Virus record (IMG/VR): IMGVR_UViG_3300036818_000088
Coordinates: 1 to 64,000 of that record
Source: a virus
Reading direction: 5' to 3' (one strand)
Length of the DNA stretch: 64,000 bases
The stretch's first letter is position 1, and each line of letters begins with the position of its first letter. Shown here piece by piece: positions 27,224 through 38,384 of the stretch. A program made the position numbers and the translations under genes. The notes below the pieces were generated by a model. The model saw nothing but the letters and a program-made list of their open reading frames with translations. It had not been told where the DNA came from and did no database searches.

Positions 27224-28915
27224 GTGAACATGCCTTCACCGACCAACCGCCAGATCATCATCGCCCCTCTCTCCGCCGATACGGAAGAGTCGATCCGCCA
27301 AGGCTGCATCGCTCAGGGCTGCACCTGCGGCGAGCGCCTCGTCATCAGCATTCGCCAGCTCGCCGACGACGAGCGGCCACCCGGCACTGAGGACTACGGC
27401 AAGGCCACCAAGGTCGATGTCGAGCATTCGCTGGAGTGTCCCCTGCTGCTCGCAACAGGGAGGAACTAGATGCCGGCGAAAGCAAAGCTCTCTGCGAAGG
27501 CGAAACGAGCCGTAGTCAAACTGCAGGCGGTTGAGGATAAGTTGCTCACCGCGCAAGCCACGATCCCCGGAATGATCCGCGAGGTGCAGGAGGTCAAGGC
27601 GATGTTCGCTGGCACTGACGAGAAGGAGGCGAGCAATGTCGATCCTGCTGAGTGAGGCCGCTGAGCGCGTCACGAAAGAGATTAGCCGAGCCCGCTCCAA
27701 GGGAGAGGGGTTCCGAGCCGTCTGCGAGCGCCTCGGCGTCTCTGCCACGGAACTGAACGTCTTGGTCGCAGAGGAAGTCGAGCGCCTCCCCGCCGGCAGC
27801 ACTCTTGACGGGGCCATGCTGCACGGGATGCTCATCGGAGTCGCGGCTCGCTCAGAGGATGCGCTGTGATTCGGCGCTGGCTCCGGCGATTCTTCAGCCC
27901 GGCCCCGCTGCCCGGTCCTGCACCCGCCCGCGAGATCGCCCTGCGCGCCAAGCGCCAAGAACAACGAGAAAGAAGGAGGCCCTAAGCGTGGTAATTCTTA
28001 AACTCGACATACACCCTTTGGACGACGACCCCACCTGCTTCATAGTCGAGTTGGAGGCCTTGTCAGACAACAGCTCGACGGTGCGGACCTACAAAGGAGA
28101 GATGAACGGCATCGTTATGACTGATCGCCTAGCCAGCTCCGAGCACCTCGAACTTGCTGACGATATGGAGAAGGTATGGGAGAAGCATCGCACCACGCGG
28201 CGGGCACGACTAATGGAGATTTTCGACCGCCGCGACGGACTAATCACATGACCGGGAAGGAAGCCCTAATGCCTCGCAAGACCAGCGAAATCAACGATTG
28301 CCAATTTCCGTTCGCCGAGGACACCACGCCGTTCATCTTCGTCCTCAATACCCCTCCAGAGACCCCTTTTGCGCTCATCGCAATCAAGGACAAGTACCTC
28401 CGCCGGGGCTACGTGTCGGCTTGGACTGCGGCTGGGAAGTACGACCTCGTGATCCTCGCTACCGACCTGCGCGACGCTGGCGCAGACTGCTCCCTGCTCG
28501 CCGTATGGACCGGTGCCAATGCCTCACACGTCTTCGAGATCGACGACCTCGATGAGGCAAGGGACGCGCTGGGCTGATGTCTATGGATATCCCCCAGCCC
28601 GTTGAGCCGATGACTGCGAGAGAGGCTCTTCTGGCCATCCAGCTCGTCAACGACGCAGATGACCGACAGGTGTCGGGCTATCCCACTCATCTCGAAACGA
28701 TGCGAGCCATCTTCCGTCTCACCGAGGTAGGACTTGATCGGATTGCGCCGCCGAACTTCGAGCTGACCGACCAGCTCGCCGACCGGCTGGCTGAAGCGCA
28801 TGGGCTACTGGCCCGCGTTGCCAACGGTGAGTACGTCGAGCACCGCGAGATTCACGAAGTTCGGACACTTCCGCCGGACCTCGAAGCGATGGTCGAGAGG
28901 AGGATCGGCAAATGA
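27224..28915 (+). CDS. Cluster of small hypothetical ORFs (27224-27469, 27470-27655, 27636-27869, 27988-28251, 28248-28577, 28577-28915)
   Basis: Tightly packed or overlapping with SD motifs; no recognisable domains. Confidence 0.55.
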
Positions 28916-29271
28916 ACTTCCGGGAGGAGATGGTCGCAGCGATCCGGCGTGGGGACAAGACCCAGACGCGCCGGGTCGCCAACGACAACCCGAACTCCCC
29001 GTGGTACCGAGGCGGCTGCGCCTACAAAATGGGTCGCGTCTATGCGATCTGTCCTGGGCGAGCTAAGAGCGGTATCGGCTTCATGGAACTGAAGAAGGAA
29101 CCAACCCTCGAGAAGCTCGGCGCGATCGACGAAGCCGGGGTGCGGCGTGAGGGCTTCGCCAGCACCAAAGACTTCATCGCCTACTGGACCAACCTGCATG
29201 GGGAGTGGGACCCTTCGATCAGGGTTTGGAAGATCGTCTTCGCGCCGCTGACCTGGAAGGCAGATAGCTGA
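28912..29271 (+). CDS. ASCH/PUA-like domain protein
   Basis: MNF..MVAAIRRGDKTQTRR..REGF..F..W..VWKIVF. Confidence 0.8.
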   Translation: MNFREEMVAAIRRGDKTQTRRVANDNPNSPWYRGGCAYKMGRVYAICPGRAKSGIGFMELKKEPTLEKLGAIDEAGVRREGFASTKDFIAYWTNLHGEWDPSIRVWKIVFAPLTWKADS

Positions 29272-30073
29272 TGGGCGAGATCAAGCACCACGCAATCATC
29301 GTGACAGCGACCTATGGCGAGCCTACATTGGGATCACGCACCAGTGGCGAGGAACGCCACTGGGCCGAGATCGCTTACCGCCAAGCCATCGACATTTTCG
29401 GTTCGGCTCAAGTCACGACGCCGACACCCTCTCTCCTAAATGCCACCCGCAGCTTCCTTGTCGCCCCCGATGGAAGTAAGGAGGGCTGGGAGGACAGCGA
29501 TGAAGGCGATCAGCGGCGAGAGGAGTTCGTCGAGTGGCTGCGAGGCCAAGCCTATGATGATGGGAGCAGCCCTCTGGCGTGGATTGAGCTGTACTTCGCC
29601 GCCGAGCAGCAGTTCATGGGCGACTTCCCCGGAGCCGAGATCGTCCGTGGCTCCCATGAAAGGGACCGGGCATGAACGCTCCCCTCAAATGCGCCGTCTG
29701 CCACTTCGAGCTAACCACCGCCGACGCTGAGGATGCCGTGAGGACTGACGTTGGCCCCTGTCACCGAGAGTGCTTTCATGGGCCAGTTCCCCCCCAAGAC
29801 AACCCCGACGATGTGCTCGGCGATGCTGGTCTCTTTGAAGAGAATGGCGCCCCCGAGATCAGCACCTGGACCGACGAGAAGATCGAGGCGGAGGAAGACG
29901 CTCGCCGCGAGCACAACGATGTGCCGCTACCCGACCGCGGCGACGGCTTCCACAATGCGATGGCCTCGGCGCTGACGGATGACGGCGAGGCGACCGACTG
30001 CTTTGAATGTCATGCCGAGCCAGCGATCAATGGCGGCCTTGGCTTCCTCTGCCGGGGGAGGTCGATGCTCTGA
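29271..30073 (+). CDS. Two hypothetical ORFs (29271-29675, 29672-30073)
   Basis: HHAIIVT..PDGSKEGW family; Cys-rich second ORF. Confidence 0.6.
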
Positions 30074-30591
30074 TGACGACTGAACCCCTAGCCGGTATGG
30101 AGAAGGGCAGCGTCGTCTTCAGCGAGAATCGCCGGTACCGCTATGCGCTGCTGCGGTGGTGGGATAAAAGGCTGCCCCACGTCTTGTGGGTGATGCTGAA
30201 CCCCTCGACCGCAGACGCCAACACCGACGACCCCACGATGCACCGCGTCATCGGCTTCTCAATGGATCGGCTTTACGGCAGCCTCACCGTCGTCAACGCC
30301 TTCGCCTTGATCTCTACCGACCCACTCGGGCTGGTCGCCGTCGATGATCCGGTTGGCCCCGAGAACGATTCCATGCTGGCGCAAGAGGTCTCGCAGGCCG
30401 ACACGATCATCTGTGCATGGGGTAGCCAGCGTGTCGGGCTGCACTCCCGTATCCGCGAGGTCCGGGCGCTGATCGCTGAGCATCGTCGCGCCGAGGCCCG
30501 AATCCTTTGCCTCGGCACGAACGCCGATCACTCCCCGCGCCATCCCGTCCGTCTGCCAACCTCAACGACACTAGTTCCCTTCGAGGTCTAA
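30073..30591 (+). CDS. DUF1643-family protein
   Basis: RYRYALLRWW, WVMLNPSTAD..DDPT, VVNAFA..STDP, ICAWG, PRHP. Confidence 0.88.
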   Translation: MTTEPLAGMEKGSVVFSENRRYRYALLRWWDKRLPHVLWVMLNPSTADANTDDPTMHRVIGFSMDRLYGSLTVVNAFALISTDPLGLVAVDDPVGPENDSMLAQEVSQADTIICAWGSQRVGLHSRIREVRALIAEHRRAEARILCLGTNADHSPRHPVRLPTSTTLVPFEV

Positions 30592-30640
30592 GCATGGCGA
30601 TCAAGCCACCTACGACTCCCGCTGCCCCGAGTGCGATGAG

Positions 30641-33600
30641 ATGATCTACGAAGGCGAATCAGAGGGCGTCTGCGCCTCCTGCGGCAAGCCGCTCGGCATC
30701 CGAGCTAACTGGCGGATGACTCAATCAGGACGCGCCTACCACTACGGCTGCGAGCCAACCGAAGTCGCTGACAAGCAGGGCGAGAGCCTGACCGAGCATG
30801 CCGAACGGGCAGCGCGCAGCGTCACTCACGGCCGCGGTCAGCAGGTGCTCGATCAGGAGGTGCAGGACGATGATCGCTAGAGCCTGCTACGTCATCTGCG
30901 ACCGCTGCGGTGATCCAGCCTCAATCTCGACAGACGGAGCCAAGATCGCCCGCTCACACGCTCGCCAAGAGGGCTTCAAGCGAATCGCCGTCGACACTGG
31001 ACTTCGACACGAAGACGTTTGCTCGCGCTGCCTTCGGCCTGAGGATGAGGAACCACATCAATGAGTTCCCGCATCCACTGCTGGCTCCACGGCCACGACT
31101 GGGGGCGCTGGGACCGCGGCAACCACAAAGACATCTTCGGCAACATCTGGTCCCTGCGCTGGTGCAAGCAGTGCCGGGCTTCACAGAGGAGGTGCGTCGG
31201 GTGAGTAAGCAGGGGGTGGACTACACGCTAAAGCAGGCAGAGAGGCTTAAGCGAAAGATCGACCGCGAGGTCGCGAAGATCGAGGATGCCCTGTCGGTGC
31301 TTCGGCATACCGTGCCCGATACGACCGCCAGCAACTTCGCCCCCGGCGCCGGAGGCATCGACGGGATCGCAGAGGAAGTGCGCGCGAATCGGCCACGGCC
31401 TGAACGACATCATCGACCGCCGAACGGAGACCGACCATGAGTAAGCAGCTATCCGACCCTTGGCGCCGGCACATCCCTACGCTGACCCACATTATGAACG
31501 CGGTCCACCAGGTCCGCTGGGATCGCTGCATCGACGCTGGCGGCGGCATCCTGCGCCTCTACGGCTGGGTCGACCGCGTGGACGATCATGCCGATTTCGT
31601 GATCCTCGACGCCCTGCACTCCATCTACGGACTCAGTTTCCTTTTCGCGACCTCAAGCCCCGACCCGTCCATCAGCGCCGAAATGGCCGTAGCCATCGGC
31701 ATCTCCTTCGACGACCACGTCTCCTGCCAGCGCATCGAGCAGGTCTTCGGTGGTGCGGTGGTCAACGCGATCAAGCTGGGCGGCACCTCGTGAACAAATG
31801 CCCCTTCTGCAGCATGACCTTGACGTTTGGCGACGGTGCCCTGTGCTCCAAAAAAGACTGCCCGGCGTCGAAGCCCTGCCCTACCTGTGGTGCCGGGTGG
31901 GAGGCGATCGAGACCGGCAGGTACGGCAGGGTGACCCGGCTCTGCTCTCTCGTCTGCGTCCGCGACCATCGCAGCCACTTCCGCTACAGCGACAAGTTCT
32001 TCTGGTGGGTGGAAACCGAGCACGGGCCACCTCGCCGCCCCGTCGAGAAGATGCTGCGCCACGAACTCATCACCGAAGCCATACGCCTCGGGATCAAGAA
32101 CCCCGACCTCTACATCGTTCGCGAGCTGCGGCCTGTCGTCGCCAGCAGGCTGCGCCAGGAGGCGGGGCGCTGATGCCACTGATCGGGCTGCGGACTCCCA
32201 CGGCTCGGCACATCGAGAACCACATCGACCGCCTCGCGGTGAAGCTCGCCCGTGAGTGGGGCACGGTCTCGCCGCTCTGCCGCATCTACCTCGACCCGAA
32301 GACGACCAAGCGCGCTGTCATCGAGCGCTTCAGCCCCGCCGTCATCTGCCCAGATTGCATCCGGGTTGCTCGGCGCTGGTACGCGGCCCGCTACTTCGTG
32401 CCCTTCGATGCCGTGCAGCGTCGGCGGTTGCTCGATGCGATCGGCTGGGATCTTGAGGCGGTGGTAGCGAATGGCTGAATCGCCCGAGGACGTGAGGAGG
32501 GAGTTTGAACGCGAGCTGACTGAGTTCGCCGAAGCCAACGTAATCGGAAAAGCTCCTGCGAGGAAGAGCGGAATCCGAAACACTGAGGAAGCCGTCGAGT
32601 CGCTTATGAAGCGGACCTATGGAGCCACCGAGGCCAATGCATCCGCTGAGAACGTCTGGGCCTGCAACTTTCCCTTGGAACCTGAGCCGCCAATCTCGGT
32701 CCACTTTGAGGCTGGCGAGGAGATCCCAAACATCTGGCAAGAGCCACGCCGCCGCTGCCAGTGGAGCTGCTCTGATCCGGCGCATCCGTGGCCGCATCCG
32801 CTCAACTGGCTGAGGATGAAGTTCTTCGGCTACCCTCGCCGTTGCCCGCTACATGGCATTCGCCCCGAGCCACTAGTCAACGTGGACGTATCCGCCATTC
32901 TCCCGCGGCGGGACATCATCGTCAGCCATGTGAAGGTGAAATAGCAGTTGGACTCCTCCGCCCTAATTAACCGCCTCCGCGCCATCGCCACCGACTCCGC
33001 GCTAGACGCCGACCGCCTCCTTCGCAGAGCAGAGCGCGGTGGCATCGAATCCTCAGAGCAGCGCAGCGAAGCCAGCGGCAAGCGCAACGATGCTGCCTTC
33101 CTGCACCAACTCGCCGATGCGCTCGAGCGCTGCCCGCTCGACGACCTCGAAGATATAGCCGAGCGGGCGAGCGGGTGATGTCAAGAGCGCCGCTTCGTAG
33201 ATAGTCAAACAAAAGGAGACCAGCATGTGGGCAGGAATAGCCATTGGAGTCCTCGGCACCATCGTCGTCGAGGCCATCGTCGCTGTCGTCTTGGTGCTGA
33301 AGTACGGCGAAGGCTGGGGCGACTGATCGACCCGCCAGAGATCGACTCCGAGTGGCACTATCCGAAATGGACGAACGGGCGATGGTCAGGACGGCGGTGG
33401 CCTGCAGGCTGGGAGCCGTGGGCACCCGAGATTCCCGACTTCCCACCGGGATGAGACGCGACCACCAAAGCACCGAGCTGACCCGCGCCCACGATGCGCA
33501 GGGCTTTGAGCACTGGCCGCTCGCCGCGATCTACACCTTGCGGGCGATGGGCAGCGTTGGCGGTAATCAGTGGATGGACACCGTGGAAGTCCAGGAAGCG

Positions 33601-35075
33601 AGCCAAGTCATCGGCCGCACGCTCAGCTACCCTGCTGCTCGCAACGGCATCCGCTATCTCGTCAATACGTGGGATGCCGAGGAGAGTGTCCGCGATCTTT
33701 GGTCGATTCAACGCCTCACCCCCAAAGGGCGCCAGCGCGCCGCCAGGTCCTTTGCGCTGTTCCCGGCCGAACGCAAGGATCGCGAGATCAGCGTTATCGA
33801 GAAGCTGCCACCCGATCCCGTCACCCCGCTATGGCGAATCCTCTACGACGAGGGAGAGGTACTCGTCATCGCCGCTGATCGCCAAGCAGCCCTCGCCCTC
33901 TTCGAGTCAGAGACAGGAGAGGATGCCCATAGGGCTGAGCCGGTGGATACGACAGCGCCCGTGGTGCTGACTTGGACGCTGCGCTGAGCATGGCTCGCCG
34001 CTCCCCCAACCGCTCTCGCTACCACAAGAGCGTCCGCCAAGACCGCAACCGCATCGCCGGAGAACAACGCCAAGCCAAGGGAGAGCCAAACGACCAAGAA
34101 CGCTGGGCCGACGAGCTCGTGCGCAAACTCCGAAAAGGCAATTGAGGGCAAGCGCGATACGGTGAACCAGTGTCGTCAGTGTCGCGACAAGACACCGCCA
34201 AACAGACAAGTGGTGCCGACAATGGACAAACGGAGGAGAGAGGACCACAATGCGGCGCTATTTCCGACCCCCGACTTCGCCGCCCCGCCGAGCCGTCCCT
34301 TAACATGCCGCTATGCCCGATCAGCTACCTGTCCGCTGCCCTGCCGCCCAGCCTCTCGTCGGCCCACCGGTAGGCGGCCCCTCAGTCATCTGCGGCATCC
34401 TGCGCCGCGAGGGCGACGCCCAGGACGGCATCAGGGAGGGCACAGGCCAAGAGCACCTGACCGTCAAGGGCGACCCCTCGATCGTCCACGGCTTCTGCTG
34501 CGGCACAGCCCTTCCGCCGGCAACCGTCGAGCAGGCCAAGGGCGAGGCCCGTGCCAACTACGGCTACTGCTCGATCTGGCAGCAAGAGAAGGAGCGCATC
34601 TGGGTAGAAGCCGAGAAGGCGTGGGGAGCGACGCCCCGCAAAGAGATGGCGCCGATCACCTCGGCCGACGACCTGATCGCTAGCCTGAGCTGATGGCTAG
34701 TCTGAAGAAGGGCGACTGGGTGCAGGTCATGCCGCTGCCCAGCTCCTACGCTTGGGCCGAGCCGCGCATCGGCATCATTGACAAGCGCTACCTCGGCTAC
34801 GGCGGGCCGGGACGGTGGGTCTATGACATCGAGGTCGACGGCGAGGTGCTGCCCGAGGTTGCCGAGTCGCGGATCGAGGCGGCGGCATGAGCGAGCTTGG
34901 GTGGTCGATCCGCTGGCACGTCACCCGTATCTTGGTCGGGAACTCATCGTTCTTTGTCGCGGCGGTCACAGACGGCGTTCACGCCTTCCTACGGGAGTTC
35001 TCCGGGACGTGGTCTAATCGCTGGCGGCGAAGTGACCGGGATGAGTTCCGCCGCCGCTGGGATGCTTCTAGATGA
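30641..35075 (+). CDS. Array of about 15 small hypothetical ORFs, several with CxxC pairs (e.g. 30641-30880, 31437-31793, 31790-32173, 32471-32944, 33352-33987, 34313-34693, 34693-34890)
   Basis: Coupled ORFs on + strand; no catalytic motifs recognised. Confidence 0.5.
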
Positions 35076-35129
35076 CCATGGCGACCGCCGCCTAACTCCC
35101 GCCCGACCAACCCATAAGGAGAAGCCCAC

Positions 35130-35933
35130 ATGCTCCACACACTCGCCCTCGTCAACGAGTCCACGGTCGTCGAGGACGCTGAGCTGAAACAGATCGCTCG
35201 CGCCCTGCAGCACCAGATCAACCACGACTTCGCCCCGCACTGGTTCACCAACGGCAACGTGGTCGCCGTGCCGAAGGGCCAGAAGGCTGACGCCGCGCAT
35301 TGGTGGATCGTCATCGCCGACGATGTCGAAGAGGCCGGCGCGCTCGGCTACCACGACCTGACTCCGGATCTGAAGCCGGTGGCGATCGTCGGCGCCAAGA
35401 CCGATCTCGAATACGACGCCAAGGTCAGCGTCACGATCAGCCACGAGGCGCTCGAGATGCTCGGCGACCCCTACATCATGCTCACCGCCGAAGACCCGGT
35501 TGCCGGGCGTCTATATGCCTATGAGACAGCCGACGCCGTAGAGGCCGACGATCTCGGCTACGACGTTTTCGGCGTCACCCTCTCGGACTTCGTCTTCCCG
35601 ACCTACTTCCAAACCGAGTTCCGGGGCAAGAGCCAGCAGATGAGCTTCCGCGGCAACGTCAGCCAGCCCTTCGAGCTGGCGACCGGGGGCTACCTCAGCT
35701 ACCGCGAGATCGGCGACTCGAAGTGGAAGCAGGAAACCAAGCAGGAGGCCGCTGCTGATCCCCAACAGCGCCAGCACGCCCAGCGCCATCCCGGCTTCCC
35801 CCCCGGCTCTCGCCGCGAGCGCCGCATACGCCGCAGCCAAGCCGCGTTGAAGGTCAGCGACCACGCTCTCTCGCCGGGTCATGGCGGCGGACGGGCTGCG
35901 TTGCGGGTGGTGCAGGGAGGGAAGGATTGCTGA
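35130..35933 (+). CDS. Zincin-like (HExxE) putative metallopeptidase
   Basis: GALGYHD, SHEALEMLGDP, YETADAVE, LSDFVFP. Confidence 0.55.
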   Translation: MLHTLALVNESTVVEDAELKQIARALQHQINHDFAPHWFTNGNVVAVPKGQKADAAHWWIVIADDVEEAGALGYHDLTPDLKPVAIVGAKTDLEYDAKVSVTISHEALEMLGDPYIMLTAEDPVAGRLYAYETADAVEADDLGYDVFGVTLSDFVFPTYFQTEFRGKSQQMSFRGNVSQPFELATGGYLSYREIGDSKWKQETKQEAAADPQQRQHAQRHPGFPPGSRRERRIRRSQAALKVSDHALSPGHGGGRAALRVVQGGKDC

Positions 35934-35975
35934 ACCTCCTTCACTCTCCTGCTACGATGTAGCTACACCCGATCA
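35931..35975 (+). promoter_or_regulatory. Promoter: palindrome, extended -10 and TACACCCGATC box
   Basis: TGAACCTCCTTCA ctctcc TGCTACGAT gtagc TACACCCGATCA GAGGAG. Confidence 0.85.
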
Positions 35976-35983
35976 GAGGAGCG

Positions 35984-36250
35984 TTGATGTTCGGTATTCG
36001 CATAGGAGGCAGCGGACAGGTCTATCTCTCAGTGCCAGTCCTGATTGACGACGAGTGGACTACCTGCTGGCGCTTGCTGGAGTCTTGGCAATACGGAGGC
36101 GCAAAGCGCAACGATGCTGGCCGCATCTTCCATAACGATCCGACGCTGCCGCATCCGCTAACCGGTAGGCCTAGTGATCCGCCGCGGTGCACGGACTGGG
36201 CTAAGCAACCACAGGCGATGCTTGAAGTGCTGGCGGCTTCGGTTTGGTGA
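35984..36250 (+). CDS. Hypothetical protein
   Basis: SD GAGGAG downstream of box promoter. Confidence 0.55.
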   Translation: MMFGIRIGGSGQVYLSVPVLIDDEWTTCWRLLESWQYGGAKRNDAGRIFHNDPTLPHPLTGRPSDPPRCTDWAKQPQAMLEVLAASVW

Positions 36251-36765
36251 TCTATCGCATCTGGACCGATGGCTGTTGTCTAAAGCCGCCGTGGGGGAAA
36301 GAGGGAGCCGGCGGCTGGGCGATGGTGGTTGAGGAAGACGGAAAGGTGCTCGCTACCGATTGCGTCGGCTATGAGTGGACCAACCCCTTGGAGATGGAGA
36401 TGCGCGCTGTCATCGCTGCGCTGCGCTACGCCGATGGGCGCCAAGTCGAGATCTTCTGCGATGCCAAGGTCGTCGTCACCGGTGCGATGGAGCACCTCTC
36501 CGCCTACCGTCGCAAGGGCTGGCGCACCGTGCCGGGAGGCGAGGTCGCGCTGTGGCAGCGGGTCGAGGAACTGCTGTTGGGCAGCCTCACCACGATCTTA
36601 TGGGTGCCGAGTCACTCGGGCTATCCCTTTAACGAATACGCCGATGAGCTCGCCGATATCGCCGCTAGGGGCGCTCGCACGGCGCGCTTCGACCCGCTGC
36701 CTACCGCTGCGGTGATCGCCTCGCAGTTCGCGCCGTTGGTTGCACAGGGGACAGCCAGTGGATAG
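36247..36765 (+). CDS. rnhA: Ribonuclease HI
   Basis: IWTDG, GGW, TN..MEMRAV, IFCD, WVPSHSG..NEYADELA. Confidence 0.9.
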   Translation: MIYRIWTDGCCLKPPWGKEGAGGWAMVVEEDGKVLATDCVGYEWTNPLEMEMRAVIAALRYADGRQVEIFCDAKVVVTGAMEHLSAYRRKGWRTVPGGEVALWQRVEELLLGSLTTILWVPSHSGYPFNEYADELADIAARGARTARFDPLPTAAVIASQFAPLVAQGTASG

Positions 36766-37240
36766 GGCAGCCAAGGTCGCCAAGGCGAGGAAGCTGCGCG
36801 AGCAGGGGTTGAGCTATGCAGAGATCAGCGAACAGCTAGGCATCTCGTATTCAACGGCCTACGACTATGTAACCGAAGCCACCACGCGCTGGAGGCGAGA
36901 GCACCCTGATCGCCTTCGTGAACAAAACCTCGCCCGCAACGATGCCAAGCGTGAGGCGGAAGCCGGAGAGTGCGAGAGGTGCGGCGGTCGGGTCAGTGAC
37001 GGTAAAAGGTTCGATAGATGCAATGAGTGCCGCCGTACCGAGGAACGTTCCGACACCGCCGAGCGCGCCGAACGCTTCATCCGTCTGCGCGAACGCGGCT
37101 TGCTCAACCATCAGATCGCCGAGCTTGAGGGGGTTTCTATGCAAGCCGTTGCCACAGTGCTGTACCGGGCGCATAGGCAGATCGGCCTCTACGTCCCGCC
37201 CTCGCCCTACCACCATCCCAAGCCCCCGATCCTCGGCTAG
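36758..37240 (+). CDS. HTH - Zn ribbon - HTH DNA-binding protein
   Basis: GLSYAEISEQLGISYSTAYDY; CERC..CNEC; GLLNHQIAELEGVS. Confidence 0.7.
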   Translation: MDRAAKVAKARKLREQGLSYAEISEQLGISYSTAYDYVTEATTRWRREHPDRLREQNLARNDAKREAEAGECERCGGRVSDGKRFDRCNECRRTEERSDTAERAERFIRLRERGLLNHQIAELEGVSMQAVATVLYRAHRQIGLYVPPSPYHHPKPPILG

Positions 37241-37491
37241 GCTTGCACCCAGTCAACTTCGACCGAAGGAATTCTATGCAGATCAAGGTGCGAAACGAAT
37301 ACGGTTGTACGGAGGTGCTGGTCGTCAATCCAGCCACCGACATGGTGCTATACGAAATCTCTTTGCAGGACGGCAAAGAGGTTGTGGTCACCGCTGTCAA
37401 CGCCCACGAGGCCTCCGACATTGAGGTCGGCGAGGTCACCGTCTCCGGCAACTTCGAGCCGAGCGGCGAAGGTTCCGAGTAGAATTTCGCT

Positions 37492-37677
37492 ACGACGGTC
37501 GGAAGAGAGGGGCGAGCGTGGGGAAGGCACCACACCAAGCGCTCGCCGCCTGGCCATTGACTCTCCGGGTGCTATCGAGCACGGACTTGTGCCGACGATC
37601 GAAAACGGCGGCGTCAACCTCAGCTAGGACTCGGCAGGGCAGTCGCGATCCGCGCCAGCGACTACCCTTCACCGCGT
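37492..37677 (+). ncRNA. Putative ~186-nt multibranch ncRNA
   Basis: Starts 6 nt after TAGAAT (37480-37485); 5' and 3' ends pair; four internal stems. Confidence 0.6.
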
Positions 37678-37973
37678 GAGGATGCTCGGGCGAACCTGTA
37701 TCTACGGCTATGGCCTATCGGATGCTCCGCGGTCCTGGCGAAAGCTCTCCCGTCGCCGCACTAAGCGCCGCGAGCGCCAGCGATGGAAGAGAGAGGTGGC
37801 AGCGTGAGGAAACGAGCACGGGAACGATGGCTGCGCTTCAGAGACGAGCACGGCTTCCCGAAGATCACGCCGATGGCGAAGCTCTACCGGAAGCAAGGGC
37901 TGCGTCCGGCGAGTGCTGAGGAGTTCGAGGCCGTCTGCGCGGCCGAAGGCATCGGGCCGCCGGACGGTGAGGG

Positions 37974-38384
37974 ATGAGCCAGGCGCAGCAGCTTAACGAG
38001 GGCGACCGAGTCCGCTTCGTCGGCCACATCATGCACGAGGCTCCGCCGATCCTGAAGGGCGAGAAGGGCGCAGCGGGAACCATCGAGGATGGCGGCTACG
38101 GCGACCTCTACCGGATGCGTCTCGACAAGACTGGGACCACGGTCCAGATCCACGCCATGCAGGTCGAGCGTGTAGACGGCAAACCGGTCTGCCGCGTCTG
38201 TGGCTGCACCAACGATTACCCCTGCACTCGCCGCACCAAGGCGTCCAACTGGACCTGCGGCTGGGCCGAGGATGACCTATGCACCGCCTGCACTCCCGAC
38301 GCCGCGCCGGGCTGGGTACATCGCTCGGCCAAGGCGATTGAGGACGGCGACGACATGCTCCGCTCCTCGCTTGGTGGTTTCTAG
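37974..38384 (+). CDS. SH3-like plus Cys-rich hypothetical protein
   Basis: GDRVRF; CRVCGCT..C..CGWAEDDLCTAC. Confidence 0.6.
   Translation: MSQAQQLNEGDRVRFVGHIMHEAPPILKGEKGAAGTIEDGGYGDLYRMRLDKTGTTVQIHAMQVERVDGKPVCRVCGCTNDYPCTRRTKASNWTCGWAEDDLCTACTPDAAPGWVHRSAKAIEDGDDMLRSSLGGF

Noticed and set aside
33809-33817. Extra CACCCGATC copy
   Set aside because: Inside a coding region with no -10 or SD; consistent with about one chance hit
335-35975. Leader boxes as a CRISPR- or TIGR-like array
   Set aside because: Copies are kilobases apart and promoter-linked, not tandem repeat-spacer units
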